Source: a bacterium
GTDB lineage: Bacteria > UBA8248
Assembly: GCA_965204535.1 (NCBI GenBank)
Contig: CBDBEV010000001.1
Span: forward strand, 2,464,001-2,528,000
DNA: 64,000 nucleotides
Reading direction: 5' to 3'
Position numbers and translations under genes: made by a program. A model generated the notes under the pieces. That model was not told the origin of the DNA and searched no databases. It saw nothing but the letters and a program-made list of their open reading frames with translations. This document shows, one piece after another, positions 30,700-42,414 of this stretch (the first letter of the stretch is position 1; the number at the start of each line of letters is the position of its first letter).

Positions 30700-31680
30700 A
30701 TGGTTACGCTGCTCATCATCCTCGGGAAAGTGCTCGTGGGCTTCGGCGGGCTTTTGCTGCTCGCCGCCTACATGACCTGGATGGAGCGGCGCGTGTTCGC
30801 GCTCATACAGGTGCGGGTGGGCCCCAACCGCGTGGGTCCCTCGGGGCTTTTGCAGCCCATCGCCGACGGCATCAAGCTCATGTTCAAGGAGACCATCATT
30901 CCCGCCCAGGCGGACAAGGTGATTTACGTCCTCGCGCCCGCCGTCACGCTCATCCCGGCGCTGGCCGCCTTCGCCGTGGTGCCCTTCGGCGATTCGGTGA
31001 CCGTGCTCGGTCAGAAGGTGGACCTGGTGCTGGCCGACATCAACGTCGGCATCCTCTATATCTTCGCCATGGCGGGCATCGGCGTGTACGGCATCGTGCT
31101 CGGCTCATGGGCGTCGAACAGCAAGTACCCGCTCATCGGCGGGCTTCGATCGGCGGCGCAACTCATCAGCTACGAACTCTCGCTCGGCATGTCGCTCCTG
31201 GGCGTGGTCATGATCTCCGGCACCCTGAGCTTGAAGGGAATCGTCGAGGGCCAGGCCGGGATGCCCTACATCGTATTGCAGCCCCTGGGCTTTCTGCTCT
31301 TCGTCATCTGCATGCTGGCGGAGACGAACCGCGCGCCGTTCGATTTGCCCGAGGCCGAGAGCGAACTCACCGGCGGATTCCATACCGAGTACAGCAGCAT
31401 GCACTTTGCGGTTTACTCCATCGCCGAATACTGCAGCATGATTACGCTCTCGGCGGTGGGGGCGACTTTTTTCCTCGGCGGATGGCGCGGGCCGCTGTTG
31501 CCGCCCGTCGTCTGGTTCCTGATCAAGGTGTTGGCGTTCATGTTCTTCTTCATGTGGCTGCGCGCCTCCACGCCGCGCCTGCGCTATGACCAACTGATGG
31601 GCTTCGGATGGAAGGTGCTTCTGCCACTGTCCATCCTGAACGTGATACTCACGGCCGGCGCCGTCGTTTTCATCGGCTAG
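30700..31680 (+). CDS. nuoH: NADH-quinone oxidoreductase subunit H (operon 1)
   Basis: [28 protein letters not shown]. Confidence 0.96.
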   Translation: MVTLLIILGKVLVGFGGLLLLAAYMTWMERRVFALIQVRVGPNRVGPSGLLQPIADGIKLMFKETIIPAQADKVIYVLAPAVTLIPALAAFAVVPFGDSVTVLGQKVDLVLADINVGILYIFAMAGIGVYGIVLGSWASNSKYPLIGGLRSAAQLISYELSLGMSLLGVVMISGTLSLKGIVEGQAGMPYIVLQPLGFLLFVICMLAETNRAPFDLPEAESELTGGFHTEYSSMHFAVYSIAEYCSMITLSAVGATFFLGGWRGPLLPPVVWFLIKVLAFMFFFMWLRASTPRLRYDQLMGFGWKVLLPLSILNVILTAGAVVFIG

Positions 31681-31706
31681 CGGGCCGCTCGAAAGGGGGA
31701 GGTTTC

Positions 31707-32186
31707 ATGTTAGGCGAGATTTGCAAGGGGTTGTGGCTGACGCTCAAGCATTCCTTCAAAAACCGCGTGACCGTGCAATACCCCGACGTCAAAGAGGAGA
31801 TGCCCGTGGGCTACCGCGGCCTCCACAAGCTGCTGCGCTGGGAGGACGGCTTGGAGCGCTGCGTGGGGTGCAAGCTCTGCTCGGCGGCCTGTCCCGTGGA
31901 TTGCATTTACGTGGAATCGGAGGAGAACGACCCCGAAGCGCCCACTTCCAAGGGCGAGCGCTACGCCAGCATTTACGAGATCAACGAGCTTCGCTGCATC
32001 TTTTGCGGATACTGCGAAGAAGCCTGCCCGGTCGGCGCGGTCGTGCTGGGCAACGAGTATGAATTCTGCCAGGACGACCGCGGCAAGTTCCTCTACGAGA
32101 AGGGCGATTTACTCGTGGAAAGCACCGAGGATCATCCGGAGCTTCATGCCCGCTATGACGAGAAAAACCTACTCACGTATGTCTAG
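31707..32186 (+). CDS. nuoI: NADH-quinone oxidoreductase subunit I
   Basis: CVGCKLCSAACP and CIFCGYCEEACP. Confidence 0.95.
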   Translation: MLGEICKGLWLTLKHSFKNRVTVQYPDVKEEMPVGYRGLHKLLRWEDGLERCVGCKLCSAACPVDCIYVESEENDPEAPTSKGERYASIYEINELRCIFCGYCEEACPVGAVVLGNEYEFCQDDRGKFLYEKGDLLVESTEDHPELHARYDEKNLLTYV

Positions 32187-32231
32187 GGTTCGATTTGAAG
32201 CGGGCGCCCGCCCGCTGGAGGATGGGCGGTA

Positions 32232-32750
32232 GTGGCCAGTTCCCTGTTTTTTTATTTCCTGGCGGTGGTGACGACGGTGGGCGCGATAGCCGTCGTCGCG
32301 TTCCCAAGCCCGCTCTACAGCGTGCTCGCCCTGATCCTGACGTTCCTGGGTCTCGCCGGACTGTATCTCTCGCTTCACGCGCAGTTCGTCGCCATTGTTC
32401 AGGTGATCATCTACGCCAGCGCGATCATGATGCTCTTCCTGTTCGTGGTGATGCTGATTAACCTGGGCCGGGAGGAGAAGCGAGAGTTGCGCCTGCCCGG
32501 CCAGAAGCTGCTGGGCGCCATCGCGGGGCTCGCCGTTTTCAGCGTGCTGCTCAAGATATTCCTCTCCACCTCGCTCATGACGGGAAAGAAGGGGAGCTTC
32601 CCGCCCCAGCGGGTGAGCGAACTCGGCAACACGCAGATTATCGGCAACCTTTTGTTGACGGATTACGTCCTGCCGTTTCAGGCCATGGGCGTCTTGTTGT
32701 TCGTGGGCATCGTCGGCGCCGTGGTGCTGGCGCGCAGGCGAAGCCGCTAG
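32232..32750 (+). CDS. nuoJ: NADH-quinone oxidoreductase subunit J (operon 1)
   Basis: QVIIYASAIMMLFLFVVML; operon position. Confidence 0.93.
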   Translation: MASSLFFYFLAVVTTVGAIAVVAFPSPLYSVLALILTFLGLAGLYLSLHAQFVAIVQVIIYASAIMMLFLFVVMLINLGREEKRELRLPGQKLLGAIAGLAVFSVLLKIFLSTSLMTGKKGSFPPQRVSELGNTQIIGNLLLTDYVLPFQAMGVLLFVGIVGAVVLARRRSR

Positions 32751-32762
32751 GAGGGGTGAGGC

Positions 32763-33065
32763 GTGGCGCCGCTTGAGCATTACCTGATTCTGAGCGCGGT
32801 TCTCTTCTCCTTGGGCGTCGTGGGCGTCGTGGTGCGCAGAAACGCCATCGTCGTCATCTTGTGCATTGAGTTGATGATGAACGGGGCGAATCTGGCGTTC
32901 GTGGCCTATGGCCGGTACCTGGATTCGATGGCGGGCCAGATGATCGTGTTTTTCGTGATGGCGGTGGCCGCGGCGGAAGCCGCCATCGGGCTGGCCATCG
33001 TGGTGCTGATCTACAGAAACCGCGAATCCACCGACCTGGACGAGATCAATCTACTGAAGCTATAG
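32763..33065 (+). CDS. nuoK: NADH-quinone oxidoreductase subunit K (operon 1)
   Basis: RRN...[14 protein letters not shown]. Confidence 0.95.
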   Translation: MAPLEHYLILSAVLFSLGVVGVVVRRNAIVVILCIELMMNGANLAFVAYGRYLDSMAGQMIVFFVMAVAAAEAAIGLAIVVLIYRNRESTDLDEINLLKL

Positions 33066-33077
33066 AGTTAAGGAATC

Positions 33078-34982
33078 ATGGATAGTCTGACCCTCATATT
33101 GTTGTTCCCCCTCATCGGCGTGCTGGTGAACCTGATCTTCGGCTGGAAGCGCGGGGAGAAGTTCGCCGGCTGGACCGCGACGCTGGCGATGGCGCTCGCT
33201 TTCGCGGCGTCGATCGTGGGCTGGCTCCGCCTTTTGGGGATGCCCGAAAATGCGCGGCTCATCCGCGTCGTCTTGTTCGAGTGGATTCCCGTAGGCGCCT
33301 TCGAGGTCAAGGCGAGCTTCTTGCTGGATCCGCTCTCCGCCGTCATGGCGCTCGTCGTCACCGGCGTCGGGACGCTCATCCACCTCTACTCGATGGGCTA
33401 CATGCACGGCGACCGCGGCGTGGTGCGCTATTTCATCTACCTGAACCTCTTCTCGCTCTCGATGCTCACGCTCGTCCTGGGCGACAACTTCGTTGTCATG
33501 TTCGTGGGCTGGGAGGCGGTGGGTCTTTGCAGTTACCTGCTCATCGGCTTCTGGTACGAGCGCAAGGCGGCGGCCGAGGCCGGCAAGAAGGCCTTCATCG
33601 TGAACCGGGTGGGTGATTTCTGCTTCCTGATAGCGCTTTTCTACATCTACAGCGTCGTCGGCTCGCTGGATTTCGCGGCCGTGTTCTCGAAGGCTCCTCA
33701 GTTGCTCGGTCTCGAGAGCGCTGCGGCGACGATCATCTGCCTGCTGCTCTTCGCGGGCGCCACGGGCAAGAGCGCGCAGATTCCGCTTTATGTCTGGCTG
33801 CCCGACGCGATGGAAGGCCCCACCCCGGTCAGCGCCCTGATACACGCGGCCACCATGGTGACCGCGGGCGTCTACATGGTGGCGAGAGCGCACGTGCTCT
33901 TCGAACTTTCATCGGCGGCGATGCTGGTGGTGGCCGTCGTCGGCGCGCTCACGCTGTTGATGGCCGCGACCATCGCCCTGGTCCAGACCGACATCAAGAA
34001 AGTGCTCGCCTACAGCACGGTGAGCCAACTCGGCTATATGTTCCTCGCATGCGGCGTGGGGGCGTTCTCCGCAGCGATCTTCCACCTGATGACCCATGCG
34101 TTTTTCAAGGCGCTCCTGTTCCTGGGTGCGGGGAGCGTGATTCACGCGCTGGACGGCGAGCAGGACATCCGCAGGATGGGCGGACTCCACGCGGCCCTTC
34201 CGCGAACGAGCAACACCTTCGTGGTCGGTGCGCTGGCCATCGCGGGCGTATTCCCCTTCGCCGGTTTTTTCAGCAAGGACGCCATTCTCTACTCGGCCAT
34301 GACGGCCGAGCGCGGCGGTATTCTCCTGTGGCTCGCCGGCGCGGCGGGCGCGCTCATGACGGCGTTCTACATGTTCAGGCTCTTGTTCCGCGTGTTCTTC
34401 GGCACCTGCAATCTGAGCCTGGAGGAGCAGCAGAAAGTCCATGAATCTCCCACGAACATGACGCTCCCGCTACAGGTGCTGGCGGCGCTCTCCATCGGCG
34501 GCGGCTGGGTGGGGATTCCCGTCATCACGGGAGCGAACGTTTTTGGGGATTTCCTGGCGCCCGCTTTCGGCGGTCACGTGGAGGCGCACCACGAGGTGGT
34601 GTTCGAGATACTGATGATGATCTTCTCGCTCGCCATCGCCTTCATCGGCATTTACGCGGCCTACAATCTCTATGTGCTGAAGAGCGGCGGCGGGAGCGCG
34701 TACGCGAAACTCTGGCCGGGCATCCACCGGCTTTTGGTGAACAAGTATTACGTGGACGAGATATACGACGCCGTAATCGTCCAGCCGGTGAAGCGGGCGT
34801 CGATCTGGTGCTGGCGAGCGTTCGAGGACGGCCTGGTGGACGCGGCCGTGAACGGCGCGGGCTTTTTCGTGCGGTCCCTGGGCGGCGTCCTGAGGCGCCT
34901 CCAGACGGGCTACGTGAAGAGCTACGCCGTTTCGATGCTGGTCGGCGCGCTGGCGATTTTGCTGTATCTCACGGCGCGCTGA
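33078..34982 (+). CDS. nuoL: NADH-quinone oxidoreductase subunit L (operon 1)
   Basis: GKSAQIPLYVWLPDAMEGPTPVSALIHAATMV; one VDAAVNG unit in the lateral helix. Confidence 0.96.
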   Translation: MDSLTLILLFPLIGVLVNLIFGWKRGEKFAGWTATLAMALAFAASIVGWLRLLGMPENARLIRVVLFEWIPVGAFEVKASFLLDPLSAVMALVVTGVGTLIHLYSMGYMHGDRGVVRYFIYLNLFSLSMLTLVLGDNFVVMFVGWEAVGLCSYLLIGFWYERKAAAEAGKKAFIVNRVGDFCFLIALFYIYSVVGSLDFAAVFSKAPQLLGLESAAATIICLLLFAGATGKSAQIPLYVWLPDAMEGPTPVSALIHAATMVTAGVYMVARAHVLFELSSAAMLVVAVVGALTLLMAATIALVQTDIKKVLAYSTVSQLGYMFLACGVGAFSAAIFHLMTHAFFKALLFLGAGSVIHALDGEQDIRRMGGLHAALPRTSNTFVVGALAIAGVFPFAGFFSKDAILYSAMTAERGGILLWLAGAAGALMTAFYMFRLLFRVFFGTCNLSLEEQQKVHESPTNMTLPLQVLAALSIGGGWVGIPVITGANVFGDFLAPAFGGHVEAHHEVVFEILMMIFSLAIAFIGIYAAYNLYVLKSGGGSAYAKLWPGIHRLLVNKYYVDEIYDAVIVQPVKRASIWCWRAFEDGLVDAAVNGAGFFVRSLGGVLRRLQTGYVKSYAVSMLVGALAILLYLTAR

Positions 34983-35018
34983 TGGTTTTTTCGATTCTTT
35001 GAGGAGCGTGAGGGGCGA

Positions 35019-36575
35019 GTGCCTGGAATAATCACCTCGATACTGTTTTTGCCCATGCTGGGGGGGCTGCTGCTCCTTCTCCTGCGTGAGGGCGAGGGAA
35101 AAGACGGCGGCGGCATCCGCGCGTTCGCGCTGGCGGCCTCCCTGGTCACGTTCGCCCTCTCGGTGGTGATGTACCTGGGCTTCCGGCCCGATTACGCGGG
35201 CATGCAGTTCGTCGAGGAAGCGGTGTGGATTCCGAGGTTCGGGATTTCCTACAAGGTGGGTGTGGACGGCATCAGCCTGCTGCTCGTGATGCTGACCACC
35301 ATCCTGACGCCGGTCGCGATCCTCTTCTCCTTCGACGACGTGCGCAAGAAGACGCGGCTCTACTACATGTCCCTGCTGTTCCTGGAGACGGGGATGCTCG
35401 GCGTGTTCTTCGCGCTCGATTTCTTCCTGTTCTACGTCTTCTGGGAGGGAATGCTGATTCCGATGTACCTCATCATCGGGGTCTGGGGCGGGGGCCGAAG
35501 GATTTACGCGGCCGTCAAGTTCTTCCTCTACACCATGGCCGGAAGCGTGCTGATGCTCGTGGCGATCATCTGGCTGTACTTCGCGAGCGGGGTCGGCACG
35601 TTCGACATCCTCGCGCATTTCCGCGAACCCGTGGACGCCGCTCTCCAGCCGTGGCTGTTCGCCGCGTTCGCCATCTCCTTCGCCATCAAGGTGCCGATTT
35701 TCCCGTTCCACACCTGGCTGCCCGACGCCCACGTGGAAGCGCCCACGGCGGGAAGCGTCATCCTCGCCGGCGTCCTCTTGAAGATGGGCACGTACGGCTT
35801 CATGCGGCTGGCGATGCCGCTGTTTCCGACGGCGGCGCGCGAGTTTGCGTTCCTCATCATATGCCTGGCGCTGGTGGGGATCATCTACGGGGCGCTCATG
35901 GCCATGGTACAGACCGACGTGAAAAAGCTCGTGGCCTATTCCTCGGTGAGTCACCTGGGGTTCGTGATGCTGGGGCTTTTCTCTTTCAACCTGCTGGGCG
36001 CCTCGGGGAGCGTCATCCAGATGGTGAACCACGGCATCAGCAGCGGGGCGCTCTTCCTGATCGTGGGCTTCATCTATTCGAGGCGGCACACGAGGCAAAT
36101 CGATGAGTTCGGCGGGCTTCTTCGGGTGATGCCCGTCTTTTCGACGTTTTTCATCATCACCGCGCTCAGTAGCATCGGCCTGCCGGGGCTGAACGGCTTC
36201 GTGGGCGAGTTCACGATCCTGCTGGGCGCGTTCGAGCGCAACGCCTGGTTCGCCGTCATCGCGGCCACCGGCGTGGTGCTCTCCGCCGTCTACATGCTCT
36301 GGATGCTCCAGCGCGTCCTGTTCGGCGAGGTGAGCGTGCGGGCGAACCTGGGGCTGGCCGACATGAACAGGCGCGAGTGGCTCGTCATGCTGCCGATGGT
36401 GGCGCTGATGTTCTGGATCGGGCTGTATCCCAAGCCGCTGTTCAACCGTATCGAGCCCTCGGCCAAGGCTTGGCTCTCGCAGGTGAACCGCCGCGTGCTG
36501 CGCGTAGAGAAAGCGCCTGATCTAAAATTGCGAAAGAACGCGCTCGCTTATGCGCAAAGAGTCGAGGTGAAATAG
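35019..36575 (+). CDS. nuoM: NADH-quinone oxidoreductase subunit M (operon 1)
   Basis: HTWLPDAHVEAPT, LLKMG, AYSSVSH. Confidence 0.96.
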   Translation: MPGIITSILFLPMLGGLLLLLLREGEGKDGGGIRAFALAASLVTFALSVVMYLGFRPDYAGMQFVEEAVWIPRFGISYKVGVDGISLLLVMLTTILTPVAILFSFDDVRKKTRLYYMSLLFLETGMLGVFFALDFFLFYVFWEGMLIPMYLIIGVWGGGRRIYAAVKFFLYTMAGSVLMLVAIIWLYFASGVGTFDILAHFREPVDAALQPWLFAAFAISFAIKVPIFPFHTWLPDAHVEAPTAGSVILAGVLLKMGTYGFMRLAMPLFPTAAREFAFLIICLALVGIIYGALMAMVQTDVKKLVAYSSVSHLGFVMLGLFSFNLLGASGSVIQMVNHGISSGALFLIVGFIYSRRHTRQIDEFGGLLRVMPVFSTFFIITALSSIGLPGLNGFVGEFTILLGAFERNAWFAVIAATGVVLSAVYMLWMLQRVLFGEVSVRANLGLADMNRREWLVMLPMVALMFWIGLYPKPLFNRIEPSAKAWLSQVNRRVLRVEKAPDLKLRKNALAYAQRVEVK

Positions 36576-36577
36576 CT

Positions 36578-38056
36578 TTGGATATCGTTCATCCCACCAT
36601 CCATTGGGGATACCTGCTGCCGGTGATTCTGCCGGTGTGCGGGGCGGTCTTGGTTTTGATGTGGGACGCCTTTCTCGCCAAGGGGGAGCGCTCCGTTATC
36701 GTCATCATCACGCTGGTGACGCTGGCCGCCGCCCTGGGCGTGACGCTCGGCGCGCGCGCGCTGCCGGGTCTGGCTGCCTCGTTCGGCGGCATGTACCTCT
36801 TCGACGGGTTCACGCAGTTCCTCTACGTCGTCATCCTGTTCGCGAGCATCTTCGCGGTGCTCATCGCCGCGGCCCAGCGGGAGTTGGACGAAACGCCGGC
36901 GGGCGAATACTTCGGCCTCATCCTCTTCGCGACTTCGGGCATGATGCTCATGGCGGCGACGCGGAACCTCCTGATGATCTTCGTGGGCCTCGAGGTGTTC
37001 TCCCTGTCGCTCTATGTCTTGGCGGGGTATCTGCGTTCGCGTCCCGAGGGCAACGAGGCGTCGCTCAAATACTTTCTGCTCGGTTCGTTCGCCTCGGGCT
37101 TTCTGCTCTACGGCATGGCGCTCATATATGGCGCCACCGGCTCGGTCGACCTGATCGAAATCGCCACGCGGCTTCACGAGAACCCCGCCTCGCGGGGAGC
37201 CGCCTTCCTGATGGGCCTGGGCTTCATGGTGGTGGGCCTGGGCTTCAAGGTGGCCGCCGCGCCGTTTTACATGTGGACGCCCGACGTTTACGAGGGCGCG
37301 CCCACCGCGGTGACGGCGTTCATGTCCGTGGGCCCCAAGGCGGCCGCGTTCGCCGCGTTCTTCCGGGTGTTTCTCTCCGCGGGCGACGCGGGCGGGAGTC
37401 TCGATTCGGTCTTGTGGGTGATGGCCGTCCTCACGATGAGCCTGGCGAACCTGATCGCCATCTGGCAGTCCTGCGTGAAGCGGATGCTCGCCTATTCCAG
37501 CATCGCTCACGCCGGCTATCTCATGGTCGCGCTCGTGGCTTCGCGATCGAGCGCGGAGCTGGCCACGAGCGGGTTTCTCTACTACATGCTCGTCTACGTC
37601 TTCATGAACATGGGCGCTTTCTGCGTGCTCATCCTCATCTCGAACATGCGCGAGGACGGCGGTACGCAGCTCGACAACCTCGCGGGGCTGGCTTCTTTCC
37701 GGCCGGGTCTCGCGGCGGCGATGGCCGTGTTCATGGTGTCGCTCTCGGGGCTGCCGCCCACCGGGGGTTTCGTGGCGAAATTCCACGTGTTCAGCGCGGC
37801 GCTGAACGGCGGCTACGTCTGGCTGACCGTGATCGCGGTGCTCAACAGCGTGGTGGCCGTGTATTATTACCTGCGCCTCGTCGTGGTGATGTACATGCGC
37901 GAACCGCAAGGCGCAGCGGCGAGCAGCGCTCCGCATCCGGGCTGGTCCTACGCCGTCGCGGCGCTCGTGCTCGCCGTCGCGAGCACCCTGCAACTGGGGA
38001 TTTTCCCCTCCTCGGTGCTGGATTTCGCCCATCGCTCCACAGTCTTTTTTAATTGA
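36578..38056 (+). CDS. nuoN: NADH-quinone oxidoreductase subunit N (operon 1)
   Basis: EASLKYF, WTPDVYEGAP, KRMLAYSSIAH. Confidence 0.95.
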   Translation: MDIVHPTIHWGYLLPVILPVCGAVLVLMWDAFLAKGERSVIVIITLVTLAAALGVTLGARALPGLAASFGGMYLFDGFTQFLYVVILFASIFAVLIAAAQRELDETPAGEYFGLILFATSGMMLMAATRNLLMIFVGLEVFSLSLYVLAGYLRSRPEGNEASLKYFLLGSFASGFLLYGMALIYGATGSVDLIEIATRLHENPASRGAAFLMGLGFMVVGLGFKVAAAPFYMWTPDVYEGAPTAVTAFMSVGPKAAAFAAFFRVFLSAGDAGGSLDSVLWVMAVLTMSLANLIAIWQSCVKRMLAYSSIAHAGYLMVALVASRSSAELATSGFLYYMLVYVFMNMGAFCVLILISNMREDGGTQLDNLAGLASFRPGLAAAMAVFMVSLSGLPPTGGFVAKFHVFSAALNGGYVWLTVIAVLNSVVAVYYYLRLVVVMYMREPQGAAASSAPHPGWSYAVAALVLAVASTLQLGIFPSSVLDFAHRSTVFFN

Positions 38057-38225
38057 CCTCAGGGGTTGGTTTTTCGGTTCTCGCCATGATATAAGTCATG
38101 GCGGTTCGCTCGATTTCAGGCTTTTGTTCCAGGGGTTTTCGAAGGGAATGACCGCCCTGCGGCAACGATGCGGGCGGCGCATTTCTCATCGCCCCGGCGG
38201 TTAGCGGTTTTTGTGGGGGCCACGC

Positions 38226-38627
38226 ATGGATCCGGTGGAGATTGTAGGCGCATTTTTCAGGGATTATCAGGCCATCAATCCCTACATCCCCATATTTCTG
38301 GTCACGCTCATGGCGTTTGCACTCGCCGCGAGCATTCTGATCTTCGCGCTTATCGTCCGCCCGCACAACCCGGACCCCGAGAAAAACTCCCCCTATGAGT
38401 GCGGCATGCCCCCGCTGATGGAAGCGCACGAGCGTTTTTCCATCCGCTTCTACCTGCTGGGCATACTGTTCCTGCTTTTCGACGTGGAAGCCTTGTTCCT
38501 GTTCCCCTGGGCGGTGCAATATGACGCCCTCGGGTTGTTCGGATTCATCGAGATGATGCTGTTCATCGCCATCCTGTTGGTGGGTTATTTCTACGCTTGG
38601 CGAAAAGGAGCGTTGGAGTGGGCATAG
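38226..38627 (+). CDS. nuoA: NADH-quinone oxidoreductase subunit A (operon 2)
   Basis: PYECG, FDVE, KGALEW. Confidence 0.94.
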   Translation: MDPVEIVGAFFRDYQAINPYIPIFLVTLMAFALAASILIFALIVRPHNPDPEKNSPYECGMPPLMEAHERFSIRFYLLGILFLLFDVEALFLFPWAVQYDALGLFGFIEMMLFIAILLVGYFYAWRKGALEWA

Positions 38628-39094
38628 TCGAGGGTAAGTTCAGCGACAACTTCATCACGTCGAAGGTCGACAGCCTGGTCGCCTGGGCGAGGAAGAGCGC
38701 GCTCTGGCCGATGACCTTCGGCCTGGCGTGCTGCGCCATCGAGATGATGGCCTCGGGTGCGGCGCGCTACGATTTCGACCGTTTCGGCGTGATCTTCCGG
38801 GCCACGCCGCGCCAGTCCGACGTGATCATCGTGGCGGGCACCGTCACCCACAAGATGGGGGACGCGATTCGCAAGGTCTACGATCAGATGCCCGAGCCGC
38901 GCTGGGTGATCGCGATGGGCAACTGCGCCACCTGCGGCGGCCCGTACGCGAACTATGCGGTGATGCAGGGAGTGGATGAAATCATCCCGGTGGACGTCTA
39001 CGTTCCGGGTTGCCCGCCCAGGCCCGAATCCTTGATGTGGGGCGTCATGCAGCTTCAGAAAAAAATCGAACAGGAAAAATACATCCGCCGGTAA
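38618..39094 (+). CDS. nuoB: NADH-quinone oxidoreductase subunit B (operon 2)
   Basis: [18 protein letters not shown]; GTG start overlaps the nuoA end. Confidence 0.95.
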   Translation: MGIVEGKFSDNFITSKVDSLVAWARKSALWPMTFGLACCAIEMMASGAARYDFDRFGVIFRATPRQSDVIIVAGTVTHKMGDAIRKVYDQMPEPRWVIAMGNCATCGGPYANYAVMQGVDEIIPVDVYVPGCPPRPESLMWGVMQLQKKIEQEKYIRR

Positions 39095-39120
39095 AAGCCT
39101 GCGGCGCACAAGGGAAGAAG

Positions 39121-39711
39121 ATGCCCGACGAAGTGGTGGAAAACAGCGAAGAAACGAGCGGCGCGCCGGATTCCGGCGAGACCGCCGAAGAGGTGAAGAC
39201 CCCGCCCGGCGAGGACTTGAAGGAAGTGGTGGAATCGGCGTTTCCGGGCGCGGTGCTGGAGCAGAGCGCCTATGAGGACGATGAGGACGAGACGACGTTC
39301 GTCCTGGGCGTCGATTCGCTCGTCGCCGTCGCCGCGCATCTGCGCGATCACGGCGATTCGCTCTTCAAGCTCCTCACCGATTTGACGGCGGCGCACTACC
39401 CCGAAGCCGAGAATCCCTTCGAGATGCTCTATCACCTCTACAGCATCGAGCATAACCGCAGGCTGCGTCTCAAGGTTCGGATCAAGGAAGGCCAGGCGGT
39501 GCCCACGGTTTCGGGCGTGTGGAGCAGCGCGGACTGGATGGAGCGTGAGGTGTACGATTTGTTCGGTATCGAATTCGAGGATCATCCGGATCTCAGGCGG
39601 ATTCTTCTGCCCGACAACTGGGGCAGCCATCCGATGCGGAAGGACTATCCGCTCGAGGGTCGGGGAGAGCGGATTTACACCAAGCCGACGCGCAAGGAAA
39701 TCGGCGATTAG
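39121..39711 (+). CDS. nuoC: NADH-quinone oxidoreductase subunit C (operon 2)
   Basis: WMEREVYDLFGI, HPDLRRIL, HPMRKDYP. Confidence 0.94.
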   Translation: MPDEVVENSEETSGAPDSGETAEEVKTPPGEDLKEVVESAFPGAVLEQSAYEDDEDETTFVLGVDSLVAVAAHLRDHGDSLFKLLTDLTAAHYPEAENPFEMLYHLYSIEHNRRLRLKVRIKEGQAVPTVSGVWSSADWMEREVYDLFGIEFEDHPDLRRILLPDNWGSHPMRKDYPLEGRGERIYTKPTRKEIGD

Positions 39712-39740
39712 AGCGGCATAGCTTTTGAGGGAATGAGGAA

Positions 39741-40883
39741 ATGGTCGGCGTAGCGAACGTGTCTCGCATCGAGCAGCAGAGCACCCTGCACGGGACCGAA
39801 GAACTCGTCATCAACATGGGTCCCCAGCACCCGAGCACGCATGGCGTGCTCCGCGTCATCCTGAAGCTCGACGGCGAGACGGTGAACGATCTCGACTGCG
39901 ACATCGGCTACCTCCACCGCGGCACCGAGAAGATCGGCGAGAACATCACCTACACGATGTTCATCCCCTATACGGACCGCCTCGACTACATCGCGGCACC
40001 CTCGAACAACCTCGCGTGGGTCACGGCGGTGGAGAAATTCTTCGACTGGGAGATCCCCATGCGGGCGCAGTACATCCGCTCGATGGTAGGGGAGCTCTCC
40101 CGCATCGCCAGCCATCTGCTCTGGCTCGCCACCCACGCGCTCGACATCGGGGCGATGACGGTGTTCCTGTGGTGCTTCAGGGAGCGCGAGATGGTTCTCG
40201 ACCTCTTCGAGACGGCCTTCGGCGGCCGCCTGACGGTGAACGCCTTCCGTCTCGGCGGTCTGCACGAGGACGTGCCGGACAAGTTCCTGCAGCTCACGCA
40301 GGAGTTCGTCGACATCTTCCCGAGCAGAATCGACGACTACGAGACGCTACTCACCAACAACCGCATCTGGCTGCAGAGAACGCGCGACGTGGGCATCATC
40401 TCCGCCGAGGACGCGATGGACTTAGGCCTCACGGGGCCGATCATCCGGGGCAGCGGGGTGAGTTGGGACTTGAGGCGCGCCAAGCCATACGCGGCCTATC
40501 CCTACCTCGATTTCGTCGTGCCCGTCGGAGAGAACGGCGACATCTACGATCGCTATCTGGTGCGCATCGAGGAGTTGCGCCAGAGCACCCATATCATCCA
40601 GCAGTGCCTGGAGCAGCTTCCCGGCGGGCCGGTGACCTGCAAGACGCCCCGGACCATCAAGCCCCCCGAGGGCGAGATATACCACAGCATCGAGAACCCC
40701 AAGGGCGAGTTCGGCTTTTACATCGTGAGCGATGGGACGACGACGCCCTATCGCGTCCGCATCCGCCCGCCCTCATTCATCAACCTGGGCGGGCTGAAGA
40801 AGCTGTGCGTCGGGCAGTTGGTCGCGGACGTGGTGGCCATCATCGGAAGCATCGACATCGTTTTGGGCGAGTGTGATCGGTAA
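39741..40883 (+). CDS. nuoD: NADH-quinone oxidoreductase subunit D (operon 2, short form)
   Basis: [28 protein letters not shown]. Confidence 0.95.
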   Translation: MVGVANVSRIEQQSTLHGTEELVINMGPQHPSTHGVLRVILKLDGETVNDLDCDIGYLHRGTEKIGENITYTMFIPYTDRLDYIAAPSNNLAWVTAVEKFFDWEIPMRAQYIRSMVGELSRIASHLLWLATHALDIGAMTVFLWCFREREMVLDLFETAFGGRLTVNAFRLGGLHEDVPDKFLQLTQEFVDIFPSRIDDYETLLTNNRIWLQRTRDVGIISAEDAMDLGLTGPIIRGSGVSWDLRRAKPYAAYPYLDFVVPVGENGDIYDRYLVRIEELRQSTHIIQQCLEQLPGGPVTCKTPRTIKPPEGEIYHSIENPKGEFGFYIVSDGTTTPYRVRIRPPSFINLGGLKKLCVGQLVADVVAIIGSIDIVLGECDR

Positions 40884-40900
40884 GGAGCAGTTCGTTGGAC

Positions 40901-41866
40901 ATGGCGCTTGAAATCGCGGTCGCCGCGATAAAGATATTCATCGTGCTGAACGTGGTGCAGCTCGTGGTGGCGTATACGATCTACGTCGAGCGGAAGGTGA
41001 TCGCCCACGTCCAGATGCGCATGGGGCCGATGCGTGTGGGCTGGCACGGGCTTCTCCAGCCGATAGCGGACGGGCTGAAGCTGTTCTTCAAGGAAGACAT
41101 CATACCCGACAAGGCGGACCGCATCGTGTTCGTGCTGGCGCCCGTGATGGTGCTGGTGCCCGCCTTCGTCGTCTACGCGGTGCTGCCCTTCAGCGCGACG
41201 TTCTACATCACGCAGATCAACATCGGGCTGTTCTTCATCCTGGCGATCAGTTCGCTCGGCGTATTCGGCATCGTCATGGCGGGCTGGGCCTCGAACAGCA
41301 AGTACTCGCTTCTGGGCGCGCTCAGGAGCGCGGCGCAGATGCTGAGCTACGAGATTTTCCTGGGCTTCTCCGTCATCGGGCCGCTGATGCTCGCGGGTTC
41401 CATGAACTTGCAAGAGATCGTGCACGCGCAGAGCGACGTGTGGTTCGTGTTCTATCAGCCCATCGCGTTCATCGTCTTCTTCATCGCGGCGATGGCGGAG
41501 ACGAACCGCGCGCCCTTCGACCTGCCCGAGGCGGAAACCGAACTCGTGGCGGGCTTTCACACCGAATACAGCGGAATGAAGTTCGCGTTCTTTTTCCTGG
41601 CGGAATACGCCAACATGTTTGTCGTATCGACGGTGGGCATCGTGCTGTTCTTCGGCGGATGGGATGGGCCGGATTTCATTCCGCTTCCCGGTTTCGTCTG
41701 GTACGTCCTGAAGCTCTCCGCATTCATGTTCGTGTTCATATGGCTGCGGGCGACGCTGCCGCGCTACCGCTACGATCAGCTGATGCGCGTGGGCTGGAAG
41801 TTCATGTTCCCGCTCGTGATGCTCAACATTTTCCTGACCGGATTCCTGAAGTACCTGTTCTTGTAA
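40901..41866 (+). CDS. nuoH: NADH-quinone oxidoreductase subunit H (operon 2)
   Basis: [25 protein letters not shown]. Confidence 0.95.
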   Translation: MALEIAVAAIKIFIVLNVVQLVVAYTIYVERKVIAHVQMRMGPMRVGWHGLLQPIADGLKLFFKEDIIPDKADRIVFVLAPVMVLVPAFVVYAVLPFSATFYITQINIGLFFILAISSLGVFGIVMAGWASNSKYSLLGALRSAAQMLSYEIFLGFSVIGPLMLAGSMNLQEIVHAQSDVWFVFYQPIAFIVFFIAAMAETNRAPFDLPEAETELVAGFHTEYSGMKFAFFFLAEYANMFVVSTVGIVLFFGGWDGPDFIPLPGFVWYVLKLSAFMFVFIWLRATLPRYRYDQLMRVGWKFMFPLVMLNIFLTGFLKYLFL

Positions 41867-41885
41867 CTCGCGGGAGAGACGCAGA

Positions 41886-42395
41886 GTGGAGCTATATTTC
41901 TTCTATATGTTCTCGGGCGGGATGATCATCGCCTCCCTGCTGATGATCACGCGCGCGAACGTGATTCACGCGGCCCTGTTGCTGGTGCTGACGTTCTTCT
42001 TCCTCGCGGGCATCTTCGTTCTGGCGGGGGCGGAGTTCCTGGCGGCGGTGCAGATTCTGCTCTACGCGGGCGGCATCATGGTGCTCTACCTGTTCTCGAT
42101 CATGCTGATGAACGTGGAGGTGGCCGTTCGGATGCGGCAATGGCACCGTCAGGGCGTCATGGTGTTCGTGGCGGCCGCCCTGCTGGGTCTGGAAATATGG
42201 GCCGTGCTGGCGGGTGTGGAGTTCCCGGCGGCGAAGCAGTGGGAGTGGTCGCTGGGCGCCACGCCGGGCAACGTCGAAGCGCTGGGCGCGGTCCTGTACA
42301 CGAAATTCCTGTTCCCCTTCGAGGTGGCCTCCGTCCTCCTGCTGGCCGCGATGATCGGCGCCATCGTCCTGGCGAAGCGCACGATAGAGAGATAG
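41886..42395 (+). CDS. nuoJ: NADH-quinone oxidoreductase subunit J (operon 2)
   Basis: [18 protein letters not shown]. Confidence 0.93.
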   Translation: MELYFFYMFSGGMIIASLLMITRANVIHAALLLVLTFFFLAGIFVLAGAEFLAAVQILLYAGGIMVLYLFSIMLMNVEVAVRMRQWHRQGVMVFVAAALLGLEIWAVLAGVEFPAAKQWEWSLGATPGNVEALGAVLYTKFLFPFEVASVLLLAAMIGAIVLAKRTIER

Positions 42396-42414
42396 AGGGG
42401 AGAGAGTACCCGCG